This document shows, one piece after another, positions 38,501-52,300 of a DNA stretch of 64,000 nt. A model generated the notes under the pieces. It was not told the origin of the DNA. It worked only from the letters and a program-made list of their open reading frames with translations, and did no database searches. How positions within the stretch are numbered: position 1 is the stretch's first letter; every line of letters starts with the position of its first letter. Origin of the DNA: Octopus sinensis (taxonomy: Eukaryota); assembly GCF_006345805.1 (NCBI RefSeq), contig NC_043001.1, forward strand, positions 127,534,001-127,598,000, in the 5' to 3' direction. The position numbers were made by a program, and so were the translations under genes.

Positions 38501-41500
38501 AGCACCATCCGAGCGTGGCCGTTCGCTAGCCTCGTCTGGCACCTGTGTCGGTGGCATGTAAAAAGCACCCACTACACTCACGGATTCGTTGGCGTTAGGA
38601 AGGGCATCCAGCTGTAGAAACACTGCCAGATCAGTCTGGGCCTGGTGCAGCCTTCGGCCTTCCCAGACCCCAGTTGAACCATCCAACCCATGCTAGCATG
38701 GAAAGCGGACGTTAAACGATGATGATGATGATGATAGATTGGCATTTACTGATATAGATTGGTGAGGATTTTTCTGTTATTTAATTGCATCATGGAAACA
38801 GAACAATACCCTTGCTTCTAAAAGCCTTACAGAACTTACAAAGCTTAATGTTTTATTTTTATACTTTGATGGACAACAGACAAAAATGGATAGATCAGTA
38901 CAACTGGTAATTAAACTGGCACTGACACTCCATGATGGGGGTTCCAGCTGATCCAATCAATGAAATAGCCTGCTCATGAAATTAATGTGCAAGTGGCTGA
39001 GCACTCCATGGACATGCATTTTCTTAATGTAGTTCTCAGAGAGATTCAGTGTGACACACTGACACAGAATGTGACAAGGCTGGCCCTTTGAATTACAGGT
39101 ACAACTCAATTTTGCCACCTGAGTGGACTGGAACGACATGAAAAAAAGCATCTTTCTCAAGGGCACAACATGCTACATGAATCGAACTCATGACCTTACA
39201 GTCATGAGCTGATTATCCTAACCACTAAGCCATCTGCCTTCACACTATTGGTGTGGTGGCTCTCCAAACCTCATAACAATCAAACCTATAACGATATTTA
39301 TGGTAAATTTTTACTTTTATATTGATTTCACTTTGAAGGTGAAATGTGTTTTGAACAAATCTCACCATCAAAACTATCAGAAATCACTCGTTCTTTAAGT
39401 AAAACCTTCCCCAGAGCTGATCACTTAGGTTGAGGTGGGGTCATCTGTATGCAGTACCTTTCACTGCTAGAAATAGCAGACAGTCTCCCACTACAAATGT
39501 GTGTTCATGCACACATATACAAACTGAATAACTTGAGTACTGGGAATGGCGTCATGTCTGATGTGCACTTTCAGTTATTACCACTGCATTGCTGATTTCT
39601 ATGACAATAATGGCACAACGTTGGCTTTCTGCATTCTCAGGTGTTCTACTGAAAACAGTCATCTATCTCCACTACAAAACAGAATGTATAGGTTAAGAAG
39701 AGGAGCTATGACATTGCAGGAAAAGGTATATTGTGCCAAAAACAAAAAAAACAAAAAATGTTACTGTAACTATTCTGTTTGCCCCCTACATTTTGCTAAG
39801 TTTAACCCTTTAGTATTTAAACCGGCCATATCCGGCCAAAATATTTAATCTGTTTTATGTTCAAACTGACCAGATCCAGGCTCTCACACCTACCCTACAA
39901 TGTTATTCTACATTAGGTAATTACACCATCAAGATCTTGAAGATATGAGATAATGCATGATTAATTGAAATCAATGTGAATCAATAAGTATTATGTTTGA
40001 TAGAATAATCAGAACACTAAAGGGTTAAGGGAGTGGTTTACCTAAAGAATTAGTGATTTTCAATGGTTCTAATGATCTGATTCATTCAAAACATGTCAAA
40101 AACCATAAGAAAAACAAACTTCACCTTCAAAGTGAGACAGGTATAATAGTAAAAATTTATCTATCTTCTAAGTGAGATGGGTGTAATATTAAAACATTAC
40201 TGCATTTGCCAAGTGAACACAGCGGTAAAAAAAAAATAGATGTGATATCTGGTAAAGACTAGTGTTTCAGATAAAACTAACAATTATAGATCAGCATTTC
40301 TTTGACAAAAAACATCCACCAAAATATTAGAATATGCTTCATCTTATAGCACACCATTGTATATCTCTGCTGCTTCTATTTCCAATCTGATTCATGCTAC
40401 TGCAGACCATCACTATTCTCTCAAAGCATCATCATCATCATCGTTTAACGTTCGTTCTCCATGCTAGCATGGGTTGGACGGTTCAACCGGGGATCTGGGA
40501 AGCCAGAAGGCTGCACCAGGCTCCGGTCTTATCTGGCAATGTTTCTACAGCTGGATGCCCTTCCTAACACCAACCACTCCGTGAGTGTAGTGGGTGCTTT
40601 TTACGTGCCACCTGCACTGGAGCCAGGCGAGGCTGGCATCGGCCACGGTCGGATTGGTGCATTTTACGTGCCACCTGCACGGAAGCCAGTCGAGGCGACA
40701 CCGGCTTCGGCCACGATTCGGATGGTGCTTTTTACGTGCCACCGACACGGAAGCCAGTCAAGGCGGCGCTGGCATCGGCCACGATTCGGATAGTGCTTTT
40801 TACGTATCTCCAGTCCAGGGGTCCTGGCATCTGCCAGGTGCCAGTCATAGGATTGGTTCAATTTCGATTCCGATTTCGATTTCACTTGCCCCAACAGGTC
40901 TTCGCAAGCAAATCTTCGTAGGCATAGGTGCCTGTCATCGGATGAGGTTCGATATCGACTTCGCTTGCCTCAACAGGTCTTTGTGTGTCCAAGGGAGGAA
41001 AGGCATGCATAAGTGGGCATGTTTGAAATATTAGGTCTCTGAATATCTCCAAGATGTTTGGTCACTTTAACTGCCTCTAGGTTGCAGATCAAACTCAAGC
41101 AGAAGTGAGCAGAATTGTATTTAAGCTGAGCTGATTGGGGTGCTTAAATAAACTACACTGGCACATGATCAAATATTTTCAAACATTTATCATATAATGA
41201 CTATATTCAACTGGTTGGTTTGAAGAAAGACATGGTCCAAAGCCCTTTCAAGCCCACCTAAATAGCTAAAGCTTAATTCTATCTGAGCTGAAGTGCATAA
41301 CAGTCAATCGAAGCTCAGATAGGATACTGATCTATCACAAGTAACTTTTCCTACTGAAGGAATTAAACTGAGTACTGCAAGTTAACAAAATAATCACGGA
41401 TTCCAGTGTTACAACTCATTACAACAGTGAACCATATGACCCCCAGATAACTATGGACACAATGCAGAATTGGTGACAAGGAAAGAGCAATCAATTTCAC

Positions 41501-43367
41501 TGTCCAGTGATCCATTAGTTTTTTCTGTCAATTCTACATGTTGAGAGATGGGGAAATATTAGTCGAAAGTGGACTCAGATTTTCAAGAAACAAAGACTGG
41601 ACAATACCACAAATAGGAATAACAAAAGAAAGTGATGCATAGAATGCTGGAATGGTAGTTCAAGCAAACCATTATAATAGATTAGTTATAGCCATATTAT
41701 AATAGACTAGCAGTAGTAATAGAAGAGATAGAGTTTAGTAGTGGATATTGCTCAGAAATGGTTACTCTCTTTTACTCTTTTATTTGTTTCAGTCATTTGA
41801 CTGCGGCCATGCTGGAGCACCGCCTTTAGTCAAACAAATCGACCCCGGGACTTATTCTTTGTAAGCCCAGTACTTATTCTATCGGTCTCTTTTGCTGAAC
41901 CGCTAAGTGACTGGGACGTAAACACACCAGCATCGGTTGTCAAGCAATGCTAGGGGGACAAACACAGACACACAAACACACACATATATATATATATATA
42001 CATATATACGACAGGCTTCTTTCAGTTTCCGTCTACCAAATCCACTCACAAGGCATTGGTCGGCCTGGGGCTATAGCAGAAGACACTTGCCCAAGATGCC
42101 ACGCAGTGGGACTGAACCCGGAATCATGTGGTTGGTTAGCAAGCTACTTACCACACAGCCACTCCTGCGCCTAGTAAGTATGTATGTATGTATGTATGTA
42201 TGTATGTATGCATGCATGCATGCATGTATGTATGTATCCGTGTCAGGTCATTCTCAATGCTACTGGCAACATGCAACCCAGTACAGCTTGTAGCATGGTC
42301 AGGTCATTGGTGACCCTACCAGCCTGTTTTGTAAAGAAGGTAGTTTTGTTGGTACTGTGCAGAACAAAAAACAAAATCTGTCAAAGAATAGATGAATTCA
42401 AGAAAGTCAATGGCCATGCAACAGTTGGAAGTGAGAGACCAATAGTCTTTGTGTAGACATCTCTCTAGGAGAAATTAAACTCTGATGTAACGCCTTGATA
42501 GATAATGATGATAAGTATGACAAATAACAGTAGAAAACAAAGTTATTTTTCAATGAAACCCTAACAGCACCATCAGAGTCATCCAATCTATATCTTGATG
42601 TTTCATTCAAACTTAAAACACTATATATAGTTTTAGCTTGTCTAAGGCACGAGCTGGAAAGATTAATTAAATAAAAATAGAGGAAAGATGTAAAAGAGAA
42701 GGAAGTGGACTAATTACTTAGGAATTGACTCGAATTTGAATTAAATTTGCTTGAGTCAATTTCTTCTGATTAATGAGAAATATGCAACCTCACTTCCACT
42801 GATTCTGATAAATGACACATCATCAGAAAAAGAAAAAGAGAGAAGAAGAAAAGAGAAAATACTGAGTCTTACCTTAACATGACAGGAGGGTCTATACAGC
42901 CAGCATCACAGGCATAGTAAGGCCGATTATTTCTGTCCAAGGAGACAAACAAGTTAGCCTTGTTGTCTTCTCCAACAATCACAGATATATTCAAATGGGT
43001 ATTGTTACCATAGTTTATACGTCGGAAAAAGAAGTCTCGGTGCAAGTCTTTTGGTTGCAGAGTGAGCTCTAAGTGGTTGTTAGTGAAATGCAAACCACCA
43101 ATGCTAAGTACCAAAGCCTGAAGAACTCCCTCAGCACCTGTTTCAAAAGACAAACACAAACAATACAATCAACGTAACAAACAGCAATAACACTTTCAAG
43201 CACTGACACAGTACCTGAAATTTGAAACAGGATACAACTGATTGAATCTACCCAGCTACTTATTCTGTCAGCCACAGAAGGACAAAAGGCAAAGTCAACC
43301 CCAAAAAGATTTTAACTCAGAACTTATAAGAATGGAAATATATAATGTAAAAACATTTGGTCTAGAG

Positions 43368-43399
<32 letters not shown>

Positions 43400-46300
43400 T
43401 TAGCATCCGCTTTCCATGCTGGCATGGGTTGGACGGTGCAACTGGGGTCTGGGAACCCAGAAGGCTGCACCAGGCCCAGTCTGATCAGGCAATGTTTCTA
43501 CGGCTGGATGCCCTTCCTAATGCCAACCACTCCATGAGTGTAGTGGGTGCTTTTTACGTGCCAGACGAGGCTGGCAAACGGCCACAATCGGATGGTGCTT
43601 TTTACAGGCCACCAGCATGGAAGCCAGTCAGATCTTCATATAATGATCCACTTATGATTTTGCCTATTGCCCATATATATATCATATCTTACATATAAAA
43701 TAAAAATCCTTGAGTATCTCTCGTCTAATTTCCATCATGCGCAATGCATATGTAAGAAAAACTAGAACAGGGGTACAAAAAGCTATCAACTGTTCAATGA
43801 CCTACAAATACATTAATTTTTAAAAACAGTCTGAGGCCCACAGAACACCTCAGTGGTGGTCTATTTAAAGGCTGCAGCACATCTGTTGTTGATGTTTAAT
43901 ATTTAAATGGTTTTATTAACAAAACAACAATAATAATATTGATTCCAGTATGGGACCAATATCTTTTTTTATATCACTCACAGGAGGATAAAAGCCAAAA
44001 TTCAACTTACTAATCTTTAAATTCAGAACACTGTGGAAAGGAACTAAATGTTAATGTCTGCTACATGTTTAGTACAAAGACATTAATCAGTTCTGAATTA
44101 GCAAAATGACTATGTATTTCAAGCTGAGAAATATCAATGCAATTTGTGTCCTACTCTGAGTTTCTTGATAAACATAGTAATCAGATAAAATCTGAGTAAT
44201 AGAAACTAAGTAAGTTAAACTGAATTGCAAACACACACACATATATATATATACACACAGACATGCAGGAAGTAAATAGACACCTATAATTTTCAAAATC
44301 TTTTGTTTAATACGCAAAGCGAACAACTGAAATGTAATCGATTGGTAGGACTACATACTTTAGTATTTAGTTGACATTCCCTTTGCAGTTTTCAATTCAG
44401 AAACTCTTTTTGACATTGAACTGATGAGCTTTGTGATTGTCTCTTGTGGAATTTCTGTCCACTTTTCATGCAACAATCGAAACAATTCATCTTTAAATTT
44501 AGGTTTCTGTTGAGTTTTTTGTATAGCTCTATCTAGTATGCTCCAAAGATATTCAATTGGGTTCATGTCAGAAGATTGGCTCGGCCAAGGAAGCTTTTTG
44601 ATCCCATTTTCAGTCAGCCATTGTTGATTCCTTTTCACTGTGTGGCATGAAATCCCATCTTCCATGAATAAAAACTCATTTTTCTTTATGTTATTGTAGT
44701 CCTTGCTTGAGTATTTTGATGTATTTTTCAAAGTTTATGGTTCCAACACATTCGATCAGCTCAGAATGACCATTGCTGGTAACAGCTCCCCATACCATTA
44801 CAGAGATACCGCCATGTTTCACAGTTGGTTGGAGTCGTTTCAAATCAAATTCTTGATTGGGAAGCCTCCAGACCCAAACACGTCCACTGTCTGAAAATAA
44901 TGCAAATCTGGATTCATCTGAGAAAATCACTCTATCACAACATGAACTGAATTTTTCTGAAATCTCCTTAGCCCATTTCTTTCTTTTCATGATATTAATT
45001 GGTTGAATGAGAGGTTTTCTTCTAGCTGCTCATCCATTATACTCAAGCTTATGCAGATATGTAACACACGTTCTTGGACTAACTTCTAGCTGTTTTGCAA
45101 TATCAGAAGCCTTTGAACGGGGTTCATTTTCCACAATTCTCTTCAAACAGTGAAGCTTCCTTTCCGAGGGCCCAGGTCGGCTGGGACAAGAATCTGTTGA
45201 TTCTTTTCCTTGGCTTTTAAATTACACTATAATTCTATTAACAGTAGCAAGAGGATTTGAAGATTTTTGGCAATTTTTCGCTGGCTAAGACCAGCCTCAG
45301 ATTGCCCAACAATATGACCTCTTTGAAAATCTGACAGTTCTGCTGAATTTTTTGTGCATGACATGATTACTCTTCGCAAATGTTTAATATAATGGCACCT
45401 GGAATGAAAAAGAATAATTACATTGTAAATTCTACACTGCTGAAAACATTAAGACGCTTAGATCAGAAATTTTGAAAATTAAAGGTGTCTATTTACTTCC
45501 TGCATGTCTGTGTATATAAATGAAGTACTCACCAGATTTGACCATCACTGAGCAACCTTGCTTCTCTAATGTGATCATCCATGTGGTGACAATCCGAGCA
45601 ATGGCATCTTCACCAGCAGCATCAAGCCAAAGAGTGGAAGAGAAACTAAAGAAGACCAAAAGATGAAGTAAGCCAACTTCCATCTCTTTTTTTCTTTTCA
45701 TTTTTTAATGAGAATGTAAAAATATAGAACTAATATATACCCTAGCAGAGCATGCTTGTCTTGTTTCTTTCCAGCCTCCAAATATCTTTCGCATTCAGTG
45801 CTACTATGCAATACCACACTTCATACACAAGGATCATAGAATCTTTCTCTTTGCATGAAGAGAGAACCCTTTTGTTGCCAATCAAAGTAATAGCTACTAG
45901 AACATTTTCCAACCTGTTGTTAATCTGACAAATATGCTTTCAGAACACCTACCTCTACCACTTGCCAATACAGTGCAAAATTTGAGGGAACCACTGCATC
46001 TGTTCACAACAAAGGAATTCTCCCTCTGAGTGAACAGTGGATTGTATGATGCTCATGTATGAAACATGATACTGAATGGTAGTGAAATATATACATTGAA
46101 CATGCCATGATATGTAAAGGTTGGAGAGAAATGAGGGGAGCACGCTCTGCTGGATGTACACAAACAACAAACAATGGAGTATAATAACTCCCTGAACATT
46201 TTCCAACCCATTCTTACTCTGGCTACTATCACTCACCCTCTTCCACTGCCAATGTAGTCCATATACAAAGACCACTAGATTGAGAAAAAGTCACCAGATG

Positions 46301-49300
46301 TTTCTGGGAAAGTTACTCTGTAACAGACTAGCATCCAATCTTTGTTGCTGATCTGAATTATGTTACTTAATGTGGAGGTAAACACAAGCCATGTGAACAC
46401 TTATGGCTCAAACTAATCAGTAGGTTTCTGTTTTAAATACACACCTAGAAGGTGTTTAGTTAATTACTAAAACAATACCATTTCTTTTCAAGGATAATTG
46501 ATCAGCATTTGCAAAGACAGTTATTTTTTTAAAATATCTAAATTCATTTATTCATGCTTTTGTATATATTCTCGTGATCTCATGACCGACCAGGCTATCA
46601 GATGTTGCTACACATCGCTGGTCACAATGCGCTTCGCATTGTTGTAGCCTTCAAATGACGCCACCCTGCTGGCTAAGCGAGCAGGCCCACAGAAGAAAGA
46701 GAGAGAGAAAGTTGTGGCGAAAGAGTACAGCAGGGATCGCCACCATCCCCTGCCGGAGACTCGTGGAGCTATAGGTGTTTTCGCTCAATAAACACTCACA
46801 ATGCCCGGTCTGGGAATCGAAACCGCGATCCTACAACTGTGAGTCCGCTGCCCTAACCACTGGGAAATTACGCCTCCACTTGTATATATTACATAACATT
46901 AACATTACATTCCTATCAATAAAGTCAATAAAGTGACAGTAGCAGAGGAATTGGTAGAAACAGTAGAATACTATACTGAGTGGTTTCCAGTAGTTAAGTT
47001 CATTGCTGTCTTTCTAGTTTCTAATTTGACCAAGGTTGACCAGCTCTCAAGACAGTTAAAATAATACCAGTGACATGGACATTACTATCTCAAGTACTAA
47101 GACTTAAAATGCTGGTTACCTGGTTACCGTGGCATATAAGTTACTGAGATCCCAACTTTACCCCTGAATGGGACACCAGTCCATCATAGGGCTACTAATT
47201 TACAGCTGAGTGGACTGGAGAACAGAGAAATGGAGTGTTTTGCTCAAGAATACAACACACTGTTAAGTCTGGGAACTAAAAACCACAATCCAGCAATTAT
47301 GAGTGCAACAGCCTGACCATTAGGTCATGCACCTTCACAACCAGTTGTGAGTATTAAAATTATCTAAAGAAAAAAAAATGGCCTTGTGTTCTTATAACAC
47401 GAATTAGTATGGCAAAAGTAAATGGCAGAATAAGGCTGAGAAATTTATACTAACAAAGATGAGAAGAGGATGGAACAGACATTGAATAATAGCAAATTAA
47501 CAAAGAAAATAATCTTGAAAATGGACATGATGACGATGAAGCAGAAGAGGAGGCAGAAATGATTAAGATAATAAAAAATATATTTTTCCCTTTTATTTTT
47601 CAGTTTAAATCAACTGAGTGAGATGGTTTTATTTTTACAAATTTCAATATTTGCTAACGTTTGGAGCACATTTTTATAACTGCATTTGTGAACAACAAAA
47701 GTACAGTAAGACTATTTGACAATTCAGCACCTTAGCATGATAGATCTTATTTTTTGCATTCATATGTATTTACCATCCATAACAGGTGGTAAAACACTCT
47801 AATTTTCACCAAATGACAAGGGTTATGATTCTTCAAATGTAGAAATGCACTACAGTTCATAAACAACAACAATTATAGTAATACTAATTTATATATGGCA
47901 TTTTTTTTTTTTTTTACTTGTTTCAGTCATTTTGACTGCGGCCATGCCGGAGCACCGCCTTTAATCGAGCAACTCGACCCCGAGACTTATTCTTTGTAAG
48001 CCCAGTACTTATTCTATCGGTCTCTTTTGCCGAGCCGCTAAGTGACGGGGACATAAACACACCAGCATCGGTTGTCAAGCAATGCTAGGGGGACAAACAC
48101 AGACACACATATACGCACATACATATATACATATATACGACGGGCTTCTTTCAGTTTCCGTCTACCAAATCCACTCACAAGGCTTTGGTCGGCCGGAGGC
48201 TATAGTAGGAGACACTTGCCCAAGGTGCCACGCAGTGGGACTGAACCCAGAACCATGTGGTTGGTAAACAAGCTACTTACCACACAGCCACTCCTGCACC
48301 TATAGACATTTAAAAAACATCAGATACTCAAGCCACTTGTATTTAACCCTTCAGTATTCACATTTTGCAGTCACATGTATAGCTTTTTTCTTCATAGTTT
48401 TGAATTTATCATGCATTATCTCATAGCTTCAAGATTTTGATGATGTGAATATCTATTTTTAGAATGACATTGTAGGGTGGGCATGAGAGGCCAATTCTAG
48501 CCATTTTGAACACAAAACAGGTAGAATATTTGGGCTGGATGTGGCTGGTTTAAATGCTAAAGGGTTACTATATATACAAAGGGAATACAAAGGAGTGACA
48601 GAGTGAGAGAGGAGAAATGGAAAGAAAGGAAGAGACGTAAACAAGAGACTATGGCACTACAACCAGCCAGGAACAGTCTTCGCTACATTTGTGGTACCTG
48701 CCAGAGGGAGTGTTTGTCCAGGATAGGACTACACAGCCACAGCAGGAAATGTATCAGGACATGAAATATAAAAGCCGGACTAGACTACTTCATGCGCAAC
48801 TCCATTGTCTCCCGAGACAGAAAGGATGCCAATACAATACAATACTATATATATAAGGTAAACGCTGTGTTGATATACTTACAGGGTTGAATGTCCACTA
48901 TAGCAGCGGTCAGGATAATGGAGGATGCTGAGGACTTCACTTCGACTTTCATCAGAAGTACTGAAGTCATGCATGGGTGAAAGGACATTGCTGAGGACAT
49001 AGTACATAGTAGCATTAATTTTGTGACCATTGAGTGCGTTAGCTGCTTTAGAGTGACTTATACTGATACCACTTTCCCATAACTGAAAGACAGTAAAATA
49101 TGTTAGAATATATTATAACGATATATCTTTTAAACTATATATATCTAAAAACACATATTAGTTTCATTACAAAGGTGGTAAAGAATAAATAAAACCACAA
49201 TAAAAGTAAGAACAAAAAATTGTAAATTTCAAAAATTTCAACCACAGAAAAAAAAATTAAAAAGTCACACAACTGGCTTCATTCAAACTGAACTATCCAA

Positions 49301-52300
49301 CCCATGCTAGCATGGAACATGGACATTAACTGATGATGATTATGACGATGATGATGTGCTGGAAGAAATCAATGTTTGGTATTAATCTAAGAAGGTGGTT
49401 ACTATCTTTTTAGTTGAGGAAATTAAAAGAGGTCTCTTTTTGTTGATGTTGTATTCAAACGCTGATAGTTAAAGGAGGCGCAATGGCCCAGTGGTTAGGG
49501 CAGCGGACTCGCGGTCATAGGATCGCGGTTTCGATTCCCAGACCGGGCGTTGTGAGTGTTTATTGAGCGAAAACACCTAAAAGCTCCACGAGGCTCCGGC
49601 AGGGGATGGTGGTGATCCCTGCTGTACTCTTTCACCACAACTTCCTGTTTCTGCTGTACCTGCATTTCAAAGGGCCGGCCTTGTCACTCTCTGTGTCACG
49701 CTGAATATCCCCGAGAACTACGTTAAGGGTGCACGTGTCTGTGGAGTGCTCAGCCACTTACACATTAACTTCACGAGCAGGCTGTTCCGTTGATTCGGAT
49801 CAACCGGAACCCTCATCGTCGTAACCGACGGAGTGCAAAGAGAGAGAGATAGTTAAAACATAGGATAGGATGCCTTGCTATATTCATTCTGGATCTCTGC
49901 ATTCTGAGTTCATATCTCACCAAGGTCAGCTTTGCGCTTTCATCCTTTAGGGTGTGATAAGTAAGGTATCATTCAAGTACTGGCACTAATTTTTTTTCTT
50001 CTCCCTCTCAAAGGAATAAATGGTGATCAGATATGGAGAAGGACAAGTTCTGTCAGGTTTAAAATCTCTTTCAGCTCCACCAGGTGCTGAGGGCCTATTG
50101 TATACAAATACATATGAACCAACAAAGGAGACTTTCATGTGAAGCATGACCTGCTAGAAATAGCAACAAAATTACCCTGAATCAAAACTATTTCCTTACA
50201 TTACTTTGATACAATACCAAAGCACTGTTGAGAACTTCTACTGATATAAAATTAAACAAAGAACACAGAGGTTAAAGAAGCTAGTCATAGTTTACATCTT
50301 CAATCTTTGGTCAAGTTTATGAATTTTCTTTCTCCAACAAAGAGCTGTCCTTGAAATATCAAGATTTTCATCACTACACAGCATACAAACTTATCGAAAT
50401 TTATGAACAATACACAACAGGTGAAGTAACCAAGAACTGTTCACATAGTGTATTAAAAATTAACATTATCATCATTTTAATGTGCATTTTCTAGCAGTAG
50501 CACAAGTCAAACAAAATTTTGCCAAAGCACATTTTTTTTTACAGTTGGATGCTCTTCTTATCACCAACCTTCACCTGTTTCCAAGCATGGTAACAGTTTC
50601 CTTAGTCTTTTATACAACAAAGAACTCAATGGCTAGATAATTTTTTCACAGAAGAATGGAAACTGTTTTTAATCAGCATACAAAAGTCAAAGAGAAGACA
50701 CAAACACAAATAAAACTATAACCTATTTCTTTATTACCCACAAGGGGCTAAACACAGAGGGGACAAACAAGGACAGACATAGGTATTAAGTCGATTACAT
50801 CGACCCCAGTGTGTAACTGGTACTTAATTTATCGACCCCGAAAGGATGAAAGGCAAAGTCAACCTCGGCGGAATTTGAACTCACAAAGTAACGCAGACGA
50901 AATACCGCTAAGCATTTCGCCCGGCATGCTAACGTTTCTGCCAGCTCGCCGCCTTAAATAAAACTATAACCATTTAACATTCATTTTCCAAGCCAGCATT
51001 GGTTGGACAGTTTGGCAGGAGCCAACAAGCCATAGGACTGCACCAAGCTCCAACATCTGCTTTGACAGGGTCTCTTTGGCTGGATGTCCTTCCTAACACC
51101 AACCAGTTCACTGGGTGCTTTTTACATGGCACCAACACTAGTAAGGTCACTAGTAAGGTCTCCTAACAATCATTCACAAAGTATTGGACAGCCTGCAACT
51201 ATAGTTTAAGACACCAGCTGACATTACCATGCAGTGCAAATGAACCCTAAACCATGTCATTCTGGAGCAAACATCTTAACACAGCAAGAGGTAGTAGTAG
51301 TAGTAGTAGAAGAAGAAGAAGAAGAACACAAAAGAAGGTTTATAATTTAATGTTGTTTAAAAGACATTCTTACCTTACTCCATACAAGTGTGTGTTCTTG
51401 GCGTAGTTTCTTTTCATCGATGTGAAGGATCTCTCGCATTTCCTAAATAGAATACAAATGCAATTAAATGGAACGTGTGTATATACATAATGATCAACAA
51501 ACAAGATACAAAGTCAAAACAGAGAGCACTTAATACACAGCATATTGAAAAGCACCATCCGGATGTGGCCGATGCCAACTCCGCCTTGACTGGCTTCCAT
51601 GCCGGTGGCACATAAAAAGCACCAATCCGATCGTGGCTGTTGCCAGCCTCGCCTGGCACCTGTGCCAGTGGCACGTAAAAAGCACCCACTACACTCACAG
51701 AATGGTTGGCGTTAGGAATGGCATCCAGCTGTAGAAACACTGCCAGATCAAACTGGAACCTGGTCCAACCTTCTGGCTTCCCAGATCCCCGGTCGAACTG
51801 TCCAACCCATGCTAGCATGGAGAACGAACGATGATGATGATGATGATGACAGTATTAACTCTTTCATATTGACATTATTTCTATGCACTGAGAAACCACA
51901 GCTCCAGGACTACCGACATGTTATTAGAATGTGACAGGAGAGAATCAAAAGATGGATTTTTCAAGCCAAGCCAACCAGTAGGAGACTTAAAGGTAGACCA
52001 AAAATAGGATGGTTGGATAAGAACCATAATTTCACTTGGTCATACTCAAGAATGCAACCAGAAAGTCAAATTATGGTCACTTCTAATAGAGGAATATTAG
52101 AGGAATAATAAAATAATATGGTCACTACTATAGAGGAAATGCCTGAGGACTTTGCTTCCACAACCCTCTCTGGAATAATGGGGAGAGAGGATGGCTGGAA
52201 GGACAGGACAGTATTAATGTTTAAGGCGGCGAGCTGGCAGAATCGTTAGCACTCCGGGCGAAATGCTTAGCAGTATTTCGTCTGCCACTACGTTCTGAGT

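Noticed and set aside
44360-45364. Active or domesticated transposase
   Set aside because: Frameshift near codon 38, in-frame stops and a second frameshift near 44700
45955-46275. 106-aa ORF beside a KIAA2013 exon
   Set aside because: Another frame gives RTE RT remnants ([16 protein letters not shown]), and flanking exons already join in phase without it
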